Below, one piece after another: positions 25,485-37,352 of a DNA stretch of 64,000 bases. This DNA comes from Octopus sinensis (Eukaryota), in contig NC_043008.1 of NCBI RefSeq assembly GCF_006345805.1, forward strand, positions 40,920,001 through 40,984,000. The letters are read 5' to 3'. Numbering within the stretch: position 1 is the first letter of the stretch; each line of letters begins with the position of its first letter. The position numbers and the translations under genes were made by a program. Below the pieces are notes generated by a model that was not told where the DNA came from, made no database searches, and saw nothing but the letters and a program-made list of their open reading frames with translations.

Positions 25485-25862
25485 CTACTGACATTTTATG
25501 CCGAAGGGATGCGAAGTTTTGCAGGCAGTTTTCAGGCTAACATTAAGTTCTTTAGCCAGTTCTCGAGTGGTTTTACGTGGATCTTTCTCAATAACGGTCT
25601 TTAATTTACCGTCATCAATAACAAATGGGCGTCGACTACACTCACGATTTTCAAGGCTTAGGTCTTCACTGCTAAATAGTTTAAGCCATTTTCGACCCGA
25701 CCACTCACTGGTCATTTCCCCACCATGCATTTTGTTACTTTTTTTTAAGTACCTATTACAGGCGCAGATAGCGGGGACAAAGCAATATGGCCATACAAAC
25801 ATATGGCAATAAAAATTTTAAATGACAAAATAAAAAATCGAATAGGATACAAAAGCCAATAA
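25485..25862 (-). mobile_element. Mariner transposon 5' fragment (transposase N-terminal HTH region plus putative TIR)
   Basis: KWLKLFSSEDLSLENRECSRRP..IDDGKLKTVIEKDPRKTTRELAKELNVS matches the mariner WF.RF.SGD.SL.D..RSGRP...DP..TTRELA..LNVS pattern. Confidence 0.9.
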
Positions 25863-25875
25863 AATATACTGCAAG

Positions 25876-26575
25876 AAAAAAATGGGGTTTAAAAGGCATG
25901 TATGCTCCGACCTCACGAGCCCTGTCTTCTCAACCGGCACCTTGGTAATCTTTATGACGCGCTCACGTAGGGCCTTTTATTCCAAACGCGTGCATCTTTT
26001 TTAAGAATACTCTCTGACAGACACCTCCTTTCCACTCCCCACCTTCCTTTTCAGGTGAAAAGTGAAAACATTCGCCAAAGCGAGGCCGGAGAATAAAATC
26101 TGTCTGTCTTAATACCTTTCATTCTCGTATTCCACAACACCTCTCTCGCAATTGCTACTACTACGAGAAACCAATTATTACCTTCTTCCGTAAAGAAATC
26201 CGGTGGGTTAACTTTTTAGAATTGACTCAGACGACAGCTGTACTCTTCTCCCATCTAACAACAGTTGTTCTGCATAAGTCCACACTTCTGATATACCCGG
26301 ACCCTGAACCATAGCGTGCAGGACGGTTTCCACGCCCTGTTTGCATCTTGGAGAGGTTGACGGCCCAAGGTGGCCGTGTCTAGTGAGCTTATTCCGAACG
26401 GGTAAGGCTCCTCGGTAACACTGCCAGGCCAAAGACTTTTGCAATTTATCCAGTGTCTTCGGTCCGAATGTTCTTCGGAACAGGCTGTCGAACTTATTAT
26501 CTTCGAGACCAAGAGTCCTTCCTAGGGCATCGTCATTTCCACACTCTACCAACAATCTACTAAAGTAACCCTTCT
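25876..26575 (-). mobile_element. L1/Tx1-type LINE ORF2 C-terminus (zf-RVT) and 3' UTR, decayed
   Basis: AWQCYRGALPVRNKL.RHG....PRCKQGVETVLHA..Q, then in another frame FLVVVAIAREVLWNTRMKG. Confidence 0.85.
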
Positions 26576-29558
26576 GCTCTTCCGCTCCCTGATTTGGGGT
26601 GGGTTTTTTCTGTCTTTTTTTTTATATGAAATATATTTCAATATATGTACTAAGTGCAGAAATGTATATATACATTATTATCTGGGTGATCATAGCGACA
26701 TGTGAAGATACAATTACAAAGGTGTGAGTATTAAAATAGATACGTGATCTTTTTTCTATTTTTACTGATCTGTTTATTTAGCATACTACGTCTAGTTACA
26801 ACTATATATTGCTGAGTTGTAACATTTACAACTCGTTAGAAATGCCTGAATTATTGTTGTTTGTAATGTACTATATAGTATCAGGCGGCTCTTTGTATTT
26901 GTGTAAATATATTAGTTATACATTAGGGATATAATATTTACGAGGCTAATGCAGAGGAACTTATGTATATCTGCTTACGTTTATATGTACATGTGTATGC
27001 GTGCATGCGTGTGTATTTTGTGCGAGAGACCTTATAAAATTGAAATTTTGTCTTCGTCACGTACTGACAGCGACGTACACCCCTACACGCAACAAACTTC
27101 CTAAGCTTCCACATTCATATTCAAATTTAGTTTAGATTCGTGTTATCCTTGGAGACAAGTTATATATATATATGAAAATTAATTGAAAATAGATTTTGTT
27201 CTTTGAAGGGTGTTAATAAACGGCGTCAGACTAATAAAATTTCCGTTTAAGCCAAAACCAATTCGGATTTCTTTCACTGAAGTTACAAACAATAAATATA
27301 TCAGTAACAATGAAGGAGGATAGTCAAATATGTTCATTATATTTAACACTCAGACGACGGCTTAAGTGAAACTTACAAAACGTTAGAACGTTTTGTTCCC
27401 TACGACAATTGAACCGGTGGTCCATTGAAATAAAATACAAAATTACATTCAAATTTTCTTAGTATTAAATGTTAAAGTTTTTTGCACGCAGTGAAAGTGA
27501 ATGCATATCAGCACAAACTTACGACGTCGCGACAATATATACAAGGTTATGACTCATAATGTCAATCAACTGACGAATTTCATATGGAAATTATGTAGCC
27601 AGACACTTAGACTATGTTTTATTAAGTAAAATATGAATATATCAGCATTTTAAAGCACGAACATTCGACGTTATCTTGGCGTCTCTTAATAGTGGATGGA
27701 AAATTTAGGTAATATATTTTTTTAAAGTGCAGCTGCGAAAGACACATTCCTCCAACATCAACATCATCATGTGGGAAATTTCTCTCCCCAAAAAAGAAAA
27801 AACTGATACATTTCACGACTGCTATATTTCTTTTTGCTTCATTATCTGTGTCGGTTCTTCGTGTAATTTTCTTGATTTAATCTAGTATGCGGAATATGAG
27901 AATTGTAAATTCGATTCAGGTACGTTTGGTTCTTGAAGGTGTGCTAAGTGTTATTTTCACCTGATTTCTCAGCTAAACTGTTCTCCTGGTCGAAGACATT
28001 ATGATTTTCTTAACGTGGACCTTCTCATTGTCCGTTTTTTTAAAGAGAGCATTCAGATGTGAACCTGACGCGGTGTAACTATCGCTTATGATAATGGTAA
28101 CAATTCATAGATATATATTACATATGGATAGCTCTTCCAAGATTCGTGATCTACTAATTAGGTTGGTGCGCCTATACTTATACGGTAATTTTTTTTTACT
28201 TTGTTGGACGGGATGTCAAGTTGAATATTTATTTAAAACATTTTCATCTCACGCTGCCCCTGTCTAATTCACTTAAAAAAAGTTAAACGTTGTCTCTCTA
28301 TTTCTTACATTTTCATAACTGGCAAGGATGAGAATGTAACTGCGTCAACACTTAGAGATTTTTCGAAAACCATGATTCTACTAAACACACTACCTTCCAG
28401 CAGAGGGATATGATTTGCGGATTTGAAGAAGCACATGAGAACTCAACTCAGAATATCGAGCATTCAGTTTTGATTATAATTCACTTGCACATGCACTAGT
28501 TTCATGAACGAAATCCTCGTCCTCAATATAGGCGTCTCTTTAAAGACTTGATTAAAAGTGAAGACATTTCCTCACAACTGTACAGCGTGGAGGTTTGATA
28601 AAATGCGACAAAGACTCGAAATTAAATGCATGGGTGTAGTTTGTATCTGTTTCCGCTACTGGAAGTGAAATGTTCATTTCTACTATTTAAAATTGTCTAA
28701 ACCTAATAAACACCAGAATTCATAACGATGCCATAACGCTAAAATCTACCAAACTGCAACGCAGAGATTGTGTTTCAGATAACCGGTGTGGTATAGAATT
28801 ACCATTTGATATATGAAAATAGCAAGCGGCATGAATATCTCTTAGATCAGACATATATGTATGATAAATCACATCATCTCATCTAGTATTTACAACGGCG
28901 AAACATTGCAGCGCATTATATCAGAGATAATGATATACACAAGAGAAAAATATGAACATTAGGTCCAAATAAATAAGTTGTGTATATAATTCCACAAGAG
29001 ATGAAAATAATTAGCAATGGAAGCTTCAATAAACACTACACGTTTAAATATTATTGCGAAAATACAGCGCATCATATCAATATGAAAATGAGTCATTTGT
29101 TGAAAGCAGGGCGTACATATTACTTGGAATTTATATCATGTGATGACTATATTATCAATAACAATATAAATCCTGCAATATTTCCTGCTCCATATTGAAT
29201 TATATGATGGTAATTTCGAAAGAGTTACTAACGAATGCTTCATTGAAAATATATGTTAGAAATGGTTCCGAGTTGTTGATTGACTACAGTTCACAATTAC
29301 ATATAAAGGGCAAATAAAAAAAAACTAATATGAAATGTTATTAATGAAATGCAGCAAGATTAGGTTCTAGATAGGAATTATATGAAAAGCTCTATTGAAG
29401 TAGAGTAGGTATTAGTGAAATGTAAGTATGTCAGGGTATAGTTAATGAATAATATACACTTCTTCTATGATTTAGGGTACAATTTGCTTTCTTTCAACAG
29501 CATGCGATATGTCACGTTGTGATATTTAAATTTTGGCACACCGGCAGCAATTTTGAAG

Positions 29559-29652
29559 GCGGTAAATCGATTACATAGACCCTAGTACTTCACTAGTATT
29601 AATTGTATTGACTCCGAAAGGACGAAAAGCAAAGTTGACATCGGTGGGACTT
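29559..29652 (-). mobile_element. CORE-type SINE internal fragment
   Basis: Diverged reverse complement of GTCGACTTTGCCTTTCATCCTTTCGGGGTCGATAAATTAAGTAC...GTAATCGA. Confidence 0.75.
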
Positions 29653-29699
29653 GTGTATGAGTTATTGTTTTACTTAAAATCCATTGCATCAGGTCCAAA

Positions 29700-30905
29700 T
29701 TGTTGGTTTTAATTGTCGATAATATTGCGGGGCCACTTGGCGTTTGTGCGCTTGTAGTGTCGTTGTTTATATTTTTGTTGTGTGTGGCAGTTTTGTGATC
29801 GGGAGTGTTATATCGCCCTGCTTTGTTTGACGGGGTGGTTATTCTTCTTTTCTCCCTTTATCTTCCCCCACCCTCTTGTGGCCATTTGACATTCTTGTGT
29901 GTCGCCTTCATCAACCGACATGTTGGAGGAATCCGAAAATAGGAGTGGAAGGGCATTGAGGTCGAGTTGCTGTGTGTTAATGTTGGTGTTTTTGTTATTG
30001 TTAGTGCTGGTTGGTAGCTGTTGGGATGTTGTTTATGGGTTGTCGGCAGTAATGGGTTAGCTTTTTTCCTTTTTTTATGGTTTTGATGCTTTTCCTGTAG
30101 TTGTTGTTGGTGGTGGTTATGATGTTACTTCTGTTCTTGATGGCGATGATGGTGGTGTTGGTTGGTTGCGTTAATTAGGTTGGTTTCTTGGTTGGTGGAG
30201 TTGTTTCATTTGCTGATAGAGCAGTTTTATCTGTTGCGCTGATGGCGGTGTGGGTAACAGTGCTGGTTAACTGTTGGGTTTTTGGTTATGTTGTTGTGGT
30301 TGTTCTTCTTCTTGTGCTAATTTGCAGTCTATGTTAAGACGGTTTTTGCTTCCACAAATGTATTAACGTGGCCTTCTGCCTTCAACGGCCACATGTAGGG
30401 TCGTGTCATCCAGAAATTTTATTAAATCTGGGACATTTTTATATCGTCTTTTGATTTGCTTGAATTAATAGCTAAAACCCCTCATCCAGGACGGCAACTT
30501 TTAATATATTTATTAATATATCTAATATATTTATTTCTATTTCAAAATCATAAGAAATGGCTGACCCCAGCCTAGAGGACTATCAGGAGGCACACCTCTA
30601 ATCCTTGCCTTCGTTACCCGACGACCGAGTGAAATGAGAATCATTATAAATTCCGCACGTTCGAGTGTCTTTGTTGAGAGTTCTTTTGTGTGTTCTGTGT
30701 CAAAACTTACATCGATCGTGGCAAATGTTTTGCCCCTTGCGATATATTTTTGTGAGCCCATATGGGCCATGGACACTTCTCAACTGTTTGTTGAGTGACC
30801 TGTTCCAGTCTTTTAGTTTTTATGCTCAGGATTTTATAAATTATGTTGTTTTTTTTAATGTTAGCAAAATGTTTTGTGGTGTTTAGTTTTATTGTTCTGT
30901 CTTCT
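29700..30905 (-). mobile_element. L1/Tx1-type LINE ORF1 (gag-like) remnant
   Basis: KYIARGKTFATIDVSF...LGRRVTKARIRGVPP (30537-30776) followed by a low-complexity T/N/P/K-rich coding-like tract (29700-30340). Confidence 0.6.
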
Positions 30906-31712
30906 TTACATGATAATCCTTTGAATTGTAATAATTCCTGCGTTGGAAAAGAGATCAGTTGTCTTTTTCCGCCTCAAAACAGAAGCAAAATTAGTTTGTT
31001 TGTTTACGTTGGTGGTGGTAGTGGAGGTGACAACATTCATTTTCTTAGGCGTACATTCATTTTCTCTGCTTTCCCTTCCCACTCGTTCGGAGAGAATGCT
31101 TGCGTCAATATGTGTTGTCATTGTTTCCCAATTGTGTGTGTGTGTGTGTGAAAGTGAACTGATATTTTCTTTTTACCTGTTGTCAATGGCAACAAAGGAA
31201 ATTTCTCGTCGAAATTGGCTACTCAGACACCTTTGATCTCAGAATGGCCAGCTATGTTTTTTCCTTTTTTTTTCACAAACAAGATTTTTATAGAAGCAAT
31301 TTTAAAATCCGAAAATTCGTCCTGACAATGCGAATTTTCTTGCGAAAAACTCGCCCAGGCGAAAGCAGATGTTAAGCACCCCTTTCACAAAACTTATTTG
31401 CAACTACACGTATATAAACAGATAAATCGTAAAGAATTACAGGAGACGACATGACAACAGCGAAGCGATAGATAGATAGATAGATAGATAAACAAAGAGA
31501 CAGACACAAAAACAGGTATGTAAACATAAATTTACGCTTCCCTCTCTTCCTCTCTCTCTTTATCTATCTATCTATCCACTATCTATCTATCTGTCTCTCT
31601 GTCTTTATGTCTATCTATCTACCCATCTACATATGTATATATGTATGTATGTATTATCTATCTATCTATCTATCAATTTATCTCTCTCTATATATATGTG
31701 TGTGTATGTATG

Positions 31713-31771
<59 letters not shown>

Positions 31772-32899
31772 TATATAGACGTGTGTTATGAGTTTTTCTC
31801 ACTACTTATATATTATGAATGAACATTTATAGACAACTGAGTATATTCGCATGTGAATATTTTATAATTATTATTCCATACAAGAATTATCTAGAGACGT
31901 CTTTGTTTTTTTATATATATATATTTTTTGTAGTTCTTTCGGAAGATAATCCTTTGATGGTTATTATTCCGTGTTTCCGACGTACTTATTGGTTTTCTTT
32001 TGTCTTTGTATTTTGAACTTAAATTCCTAATTGTTTAATATAATATTACATTGCACTGTCTGCCAATACTATTGAAGCTAAATAGTTTTATAGCAATTTG
32101 AAATTCAAATATCTGTGTTAAAACTCGCCTTAGATATTGACTTTCTTCTTTGCAATTCATGAAGATAGCACCGCCATTTGCGTATGGCTGCTATGAATAA
32201 TAATATATATAAATTTCCATCTAGCATAATAGGAAAACATACTTTATAGTCAGTCCTCGATGTTCTATACCTTTCCGCCAATAATCCATATGATGTTCAA
32301 GTACACACCGATTTAGAGCTGAAAGCTAAGCTCTTAAAATCCTATAAATGCTTACGTTTAGATGAAACTTAATGCCAGCATACCTGACTATATATATATA
32401 GATGGATGGATAGATGCATGGATAGATGAATAGATAGTTACACTACCTATTATATATATTACGTATATATCTCTCTATATATATTATGTATATATATATA
32501 TATACATAAATATATACGCATATAATATATATATATACTTGCATACCTATTAACTGATATATTCATATATTATATAACTACAAACACACACACACATGCA
32601 CATATATATATATAAACTTACTTGAAAATAGTTTTGTCGGTTTCAATTAAATAATATTATAAATAATTTACTTCAACTCCACACATCCATTTCCAAGAAA
32701 GTTTATGTTAGCCTTTTTGGTGCGTCTCTACTCTATATTTCCCCCATCCTCCTCTAATTCCTATTTCTCCCCTTCACCATTTTCTATCACTCTCTCTCTC
32801 TCTCCCCTCTTTCTCTTTCCCTCTCGCGTTGCTCACACATGGCCATCATACAACTTTCTTTTCCTTACCTGACCATCTGTCTTTTCCTGCACGACGTTC

Positions 32900-33106
32900 C
32901 AAAACTTACATCGATCGTGGCAAATGTTTTGCCCCTTGCGATATATTTTTGTGAGCCCATATGGCCCATGGACACTTTTCAACTGTTTGTTGAGTGACCT
33001 GTTCCAGTCTTTTAGTTTTTCTGCTCAGGATTTTATAAATCATGTTTTTTGTTTTTTAATGTTAGCAAAATGTTTTGTGGTGTTTAGTTTTATTGTTCTG
33101 TCTTCT
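32900..33106 (-). repeat. Second copy of the 30701-30905 LINE ORF1 segment
   Basis: Near-identical ~205-bp match from CAAAACTTACATCG to TTGTTCTGTCTTCT. Confidence 0.9.
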
Positions 33107-33465
33107 ATCTATCTCTCTCTCTTCTATTTCTCTATATCCCGCTCTTCTATCTTTTCTTTTTTCAAAGAAAATATTTATCCCAACGTTCACTATTTCCTTC
33201 TCTCTCTAGTTTACCGACCCTCCATGTTTGTTTTCGTTAGGCTTCCTTGTATGTCTCCACTGTTCTGTTTTTACCAATAAATCTAATGTATTTTTATATT
33301 TATGGGATCTTCCAAGATTCATGCTGCCGTTGAATGATCGAAATGAGGAGTAGATAGGCAGCCGACAAAAGGTGAAGGGTCGTACTCCGAGTTACGCGTC
33401 TCGTTTTCTATGTTGTCTCCCGTTGTTTGCATATTTAACATGTATATACATTCATATATGTATGA

Positions 33466-33506
<41 letters not shown>

Positions 33507-34025
33507 TCTAGTATATATATAAAACTGTAGTTGTGTGAGTGTCTGTCTCCTACGATTTAGATTCCTAGCTCCTCCCACATTTTGTGGTGCAGTTTAACCA
33601 AATTCGGGTATCTTATAGTCGTGATTAACATCGAGCCCGTCTGGCTATTAGCGCGCGTCTACGATGAGTCTACGATTTTAAAAATAATTTAACATCATTT
33701 TTTATTCCATTTTAATGCATAATTTTTCGTGTGTCGATGGCTGCGGAGTTGGCGTCCACGCTCAAACACCTGCACCTGTGTTTGCTTCTCCCCCTTCTTC
33801 CCTCCCTCGTGAAGCTGTGGGAAGGGAGTTTAAGGAAATCGACGTCGTAATGCGTTGTCAAGGAGACCAGCGCTCTTTTAGAACAACGACTTCATGGCTT
33901 GAAGACACCAAAACAGAAATGGCTAAGAAAGCCCGAATTGGCATCTATAAAGGAAGTAACTCTCTAAAAATGCTTATATAGTTATTTCCCTTACAAACCC
34001 GAGCAACGCCGGGCGATACTGCTAG
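33507..34025 (+). mobile_element. Non-autonomous Helitron (~520 bp)
   Basis: 5' TC(TAGTATATATATAAAAC); 3' hairpin CCCG-A-GC-AAC-GC-CGGG (33998-34013) then CTAG (34022-34025) followed by T. Confidence 0.85.
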
Positions 34026-34148
<123 letters not shown>

Positions 34149-34164
34149 ATGTATATAACGACAT

Positions 34165-34634
34165 CATTCGATCATGAATAACCTTGCCGTTGCGCCTAGA
34201 ATGTGACCCTCCGAGGCACAAGTCCGGGCAATTTTATTTATGGATAAGGGCGTTCGACATAAGTCCATGACTCAATAATTCTTTTTCAGAATGGTTTCGT
34301 TGTTCACAGTGCATCCTAACTAGGCCCGGGTCACGACATTTCGATACGCTTATGCTGAATACGTTATACCCCCTCCCTTCCCCATTGTCTCAGAGGGGTT
34401 AATTACTGATGGAAATCATGCATAGCTCCTTGTCCCGATGTCCTTCAGAACAAGACAGCCAGCTTAGAATAGTATTTTTAAGACTATACAAAATTTACAG
34501 CTGAGTAATGTGTAGCAACGTGAAGTAAAATGTCTTGCTCAAGAAATCTACACACAACCCGATTCGGGAATCGAACTCACAACCTCACGATTGTGAGCCT
34601 GGCGCTCCTAACCACTGAGCCATGCGCCTTCACA
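34165..34634 (-). mobile_element. tRNA-derived SINE (head 34500-34634, tail 34165-34250) interrupted by unrelated sequence; repeated at ~35188-35657
   Basis: A box TGGCTCAGTGG and B box GTTCGATTCC on minus strand; tail GCCCGGACTTGTGCCTCGGAG...CTAGG matches the copy at 45617-45895. Confidence 0.85.
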
Positions 34635-34647
34635 AACTGTCAGGTAC

Positions 34648-34759
34648 TTACTGTCCCTAGGCTTCCCAGTTGATCATCCATCTAAGTACTAACTAGGCTC
34701 GACGTTGTTTGATTCGGTGATCATACGAGAGCCGTTGCATTCAACGTGATATGGCCGTA
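34648..34759 (-). pseudogene. 5S rRNA-derived sequence (pseudogene or SINE3 head), copy 1
   Basis: Minus strand TACGGCCATATCACGTTGAATGCAACGGCTCTCGTATGATCACCGAATCAAACAACGTCGAGCCTAGTTAGTACTTAGATGGATGATCAACTGGGAAGCCTAGGGACAGTAAG aligns colinearly with metazoan 5S rRNA. Confidence 0.9.
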
Positions 34760-35121
34760 ATATATGTATGTGTGTTTATGTGTCTGTGTATACACACGTA
34801 AATACGCACACATGTGTATACATAGCCGTTGTGTTTTCAGAGGCATAAAACTAATAGAGGCTCAACTTAAATGTGTGTATTTTAAATGACACTTAGACTC
34901 TCACAGTATGGAGTACTTTAGTCTTGACCAAATCAATAACGAAACTGAATATCATTCACATGTGTATCTATGTGTGGGTGCCTATAATTTTCGTTTGTAT
35001 GTGCGTTTGCTGAGTAGAGAATGGAAAGACAAAAAGTGTAAGAATAAGATTTTATGAGTCTGACATTAGACAATCAAGTGTTTGCAGCAAGGAATACGAA
35101 TATATATATTATTTATATATA

Positions 35122-35171
<50 letters not shown>

Positions 35172-35670
35172 ATGTATATAACGACATCATTCGATCATGA
35201 ATAACCTTGCCGTTGCGCCTAGAATGTGACCCTCCGAGGCACAAGTCCGGGCAATTTTATTTATGGATAAGGGCGTTCGACATAAGTCCATGACTCAATA
35301 ATTCTTTTTCAGAATGGTTTCGTTGTTCACAGTGCATCCTAACTAGGCCCGGGTCACGACATTTCGATACGCTTATGCTGAATACGTTATACCCCCTCCC
35401 TTCCCCATTGTCTCAGAGGGGTTAATTACTGATGGAAATCATGCATAGCTCCTTGTCCCGATGTCCTTCAGAACAAGACAGCCAGCTTAGAATAGTATTT
35501 TTAAGACTATACAAAATTTACAGCTGAGTAATGTGTAGCAACGTGAAGTAAAATGTCTTGCTCAAGAAATCTACACACAACCCGATTCGGGAATCGAACT
35601 CACAACCTCACGATTGTGAGCCTGGCGCTCCTAACCACTGAGCCATGCGCCTTCACAAACTGTCAGGTAC

Positions 35671-35783
35671 TTACTGTCCCTAGGCTTCCCAGTTGATCAT
35701 CCATCTAAGTACTAACTAGGCTCGACGTTGTTTGATTTCGGTGATCATACGAGAGCCGTTGCATTCAACGTGATATGGCCGTA
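35671..35783 (-). pseudogene. 5S rRNA-derived sequence, copy 2
   Basis: Same as copy 1 plus one extra base in the box A region (CACCGAAATCAAAC), which restores the expected length. Confidence 0.9.
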
Positions 35784-36514
35784 ATATATGTATGTGTGTT
35801 TATGTGTCTGTGTATACACACGTAAATACGCACACATGTGTATACATAGCCGTTGTGTTTTCAGAGGCATAAAACTAATAGAGGCTCAAACTTAAATGTG
35901 TGTATTTTAAATGACACTTAGACTCTCACAGTATGGAGTACTTTAGTCTTGACCAAATCAATAACGAAACTGAATATCATTCACATGTGTATCTATGTGT
36001 GGGTGCCTATAATTTTCGTTTGTATGTGCGTTTGCTGAGTAGAGAATGGAAAGACAAAAAGTGTAAGAATAAGATTTTATGAGTCTGACATTAGACAATC
36101 AAGTGTTTGCAGCAAGGAATACGAATATATATATTTATTTCTAGCAAGTATACTCACAGTGTATTTACGTTGAAAAAGAGACGGACTGACTTTTAAGAGA
36201 TAGTGTTTTCGTTAGTATGGAAAACTATTTTGAGGAATTATTGCTAGATTAATTGATATTCTAAGAATTTATGCCAACAGCTTAAAGTTTTCAAAAGTTG
36301 TGAAATAAGTATTAATAAGATGGAAATTACTTTTGTTTTAAATAAACCTGCAAATCTATGTCTTACGAAACCTCATACGTATTTGCAAATCTAACTGTAT
36401 ACGTAACAAACACCCACATGAGAATAGATGTGTATATTCAATGTATTTCAAGTAAATTTGAACAAATTAATATGTATATGAATATTAATAAAGTTACTAG
36501 GGGCAATATGTCTC

Positions 36515-37316
36515 CATAGACAAAATAGATATATTTCCCTACTTATATGAAGTTTATAGAAAGAGCAATAAATCTGAGTTATTCATATGAAGTTTTAACT
36601 GCTTATAATAGCATTTTTAAGACTATACAAAATTCACATACAGTCGCAATGTTATTTCTTGAATTAGTAGATGTTTGCTCCTGAAATTATAAGAACTACA
36701 ACAAATGTAAAGGCAACAACTGAGTCCGAAATATATCGGGTAAAGAAAAAACTAAGAAGGATAAAAGGGTGGCTTGATAATGTATGTATATAATTGGCAT
36801 AATGCATACACTGCACGTGCAAACACATGTTTATATTAACAAAGCGACGAGACATTTTGAGTTACGAGGTTTTTTTTTAAATATGTGGATTTGTTGATGT
36901 CTACGCTGCACTTCTGCCCATACTTCGTTCCGTGGTACAAAGTCCTATGTACATATATAATGTACATTTTCACATATGCATATATATAGACACACATAGA
37001 CACATATATATATGTACATATGTATGTATATACATACAGATATATGTACATATATAGACAAAATAAATATATTTCCCTACTTATACAATGTTTATAGAGA
37101 GAGTAATAAATCTCAGTTATTAATATGAAGTTTTAACTGCTTATAATAGCATTTTTAAGACTATACAAAATTCACATAGAGTCGCAACGTTATTTCGTGA
37201 ATTAGTGGATGTTTGCCCCTGAAATTATAAAAAAAAAAACACCACATGTAAAGACAACGACTGAGTCCGAAATATTTAGGGTAAAGAAAAATAAGAAGGA
37301 TAAATGTAGATATGTA
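36515..37316. repeat. Older diverged direct duplication of ~265 bp (offset ~538)
   Basis: 36515-36780 vs 37053-37316, many substitutions but a ~55-bp identical core. Confidence 0.85.
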
Positions 37317-37317
37317 C

Positions 37318-37340
<23 letters not shown>

Positions 37341-37352
<12 letters not shown>

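Noticed and set aside
27000-29200. Several small splice-like segments in unique sequence (e.g. YAEYENCKFDS before CAG/GTACGT near 27920)
   Set aside because: No consistent reading-frame chain or recognisable domain can be built from sequence alone.
34500-34634. tRNA-like sequences here and at ~44470-44555, 57619-57700 and 60160-60241
   Set aside because: A/B boxes are present but no full cloverleaf, and each continues into a repeated SINE body, so they are not tRNA genes.
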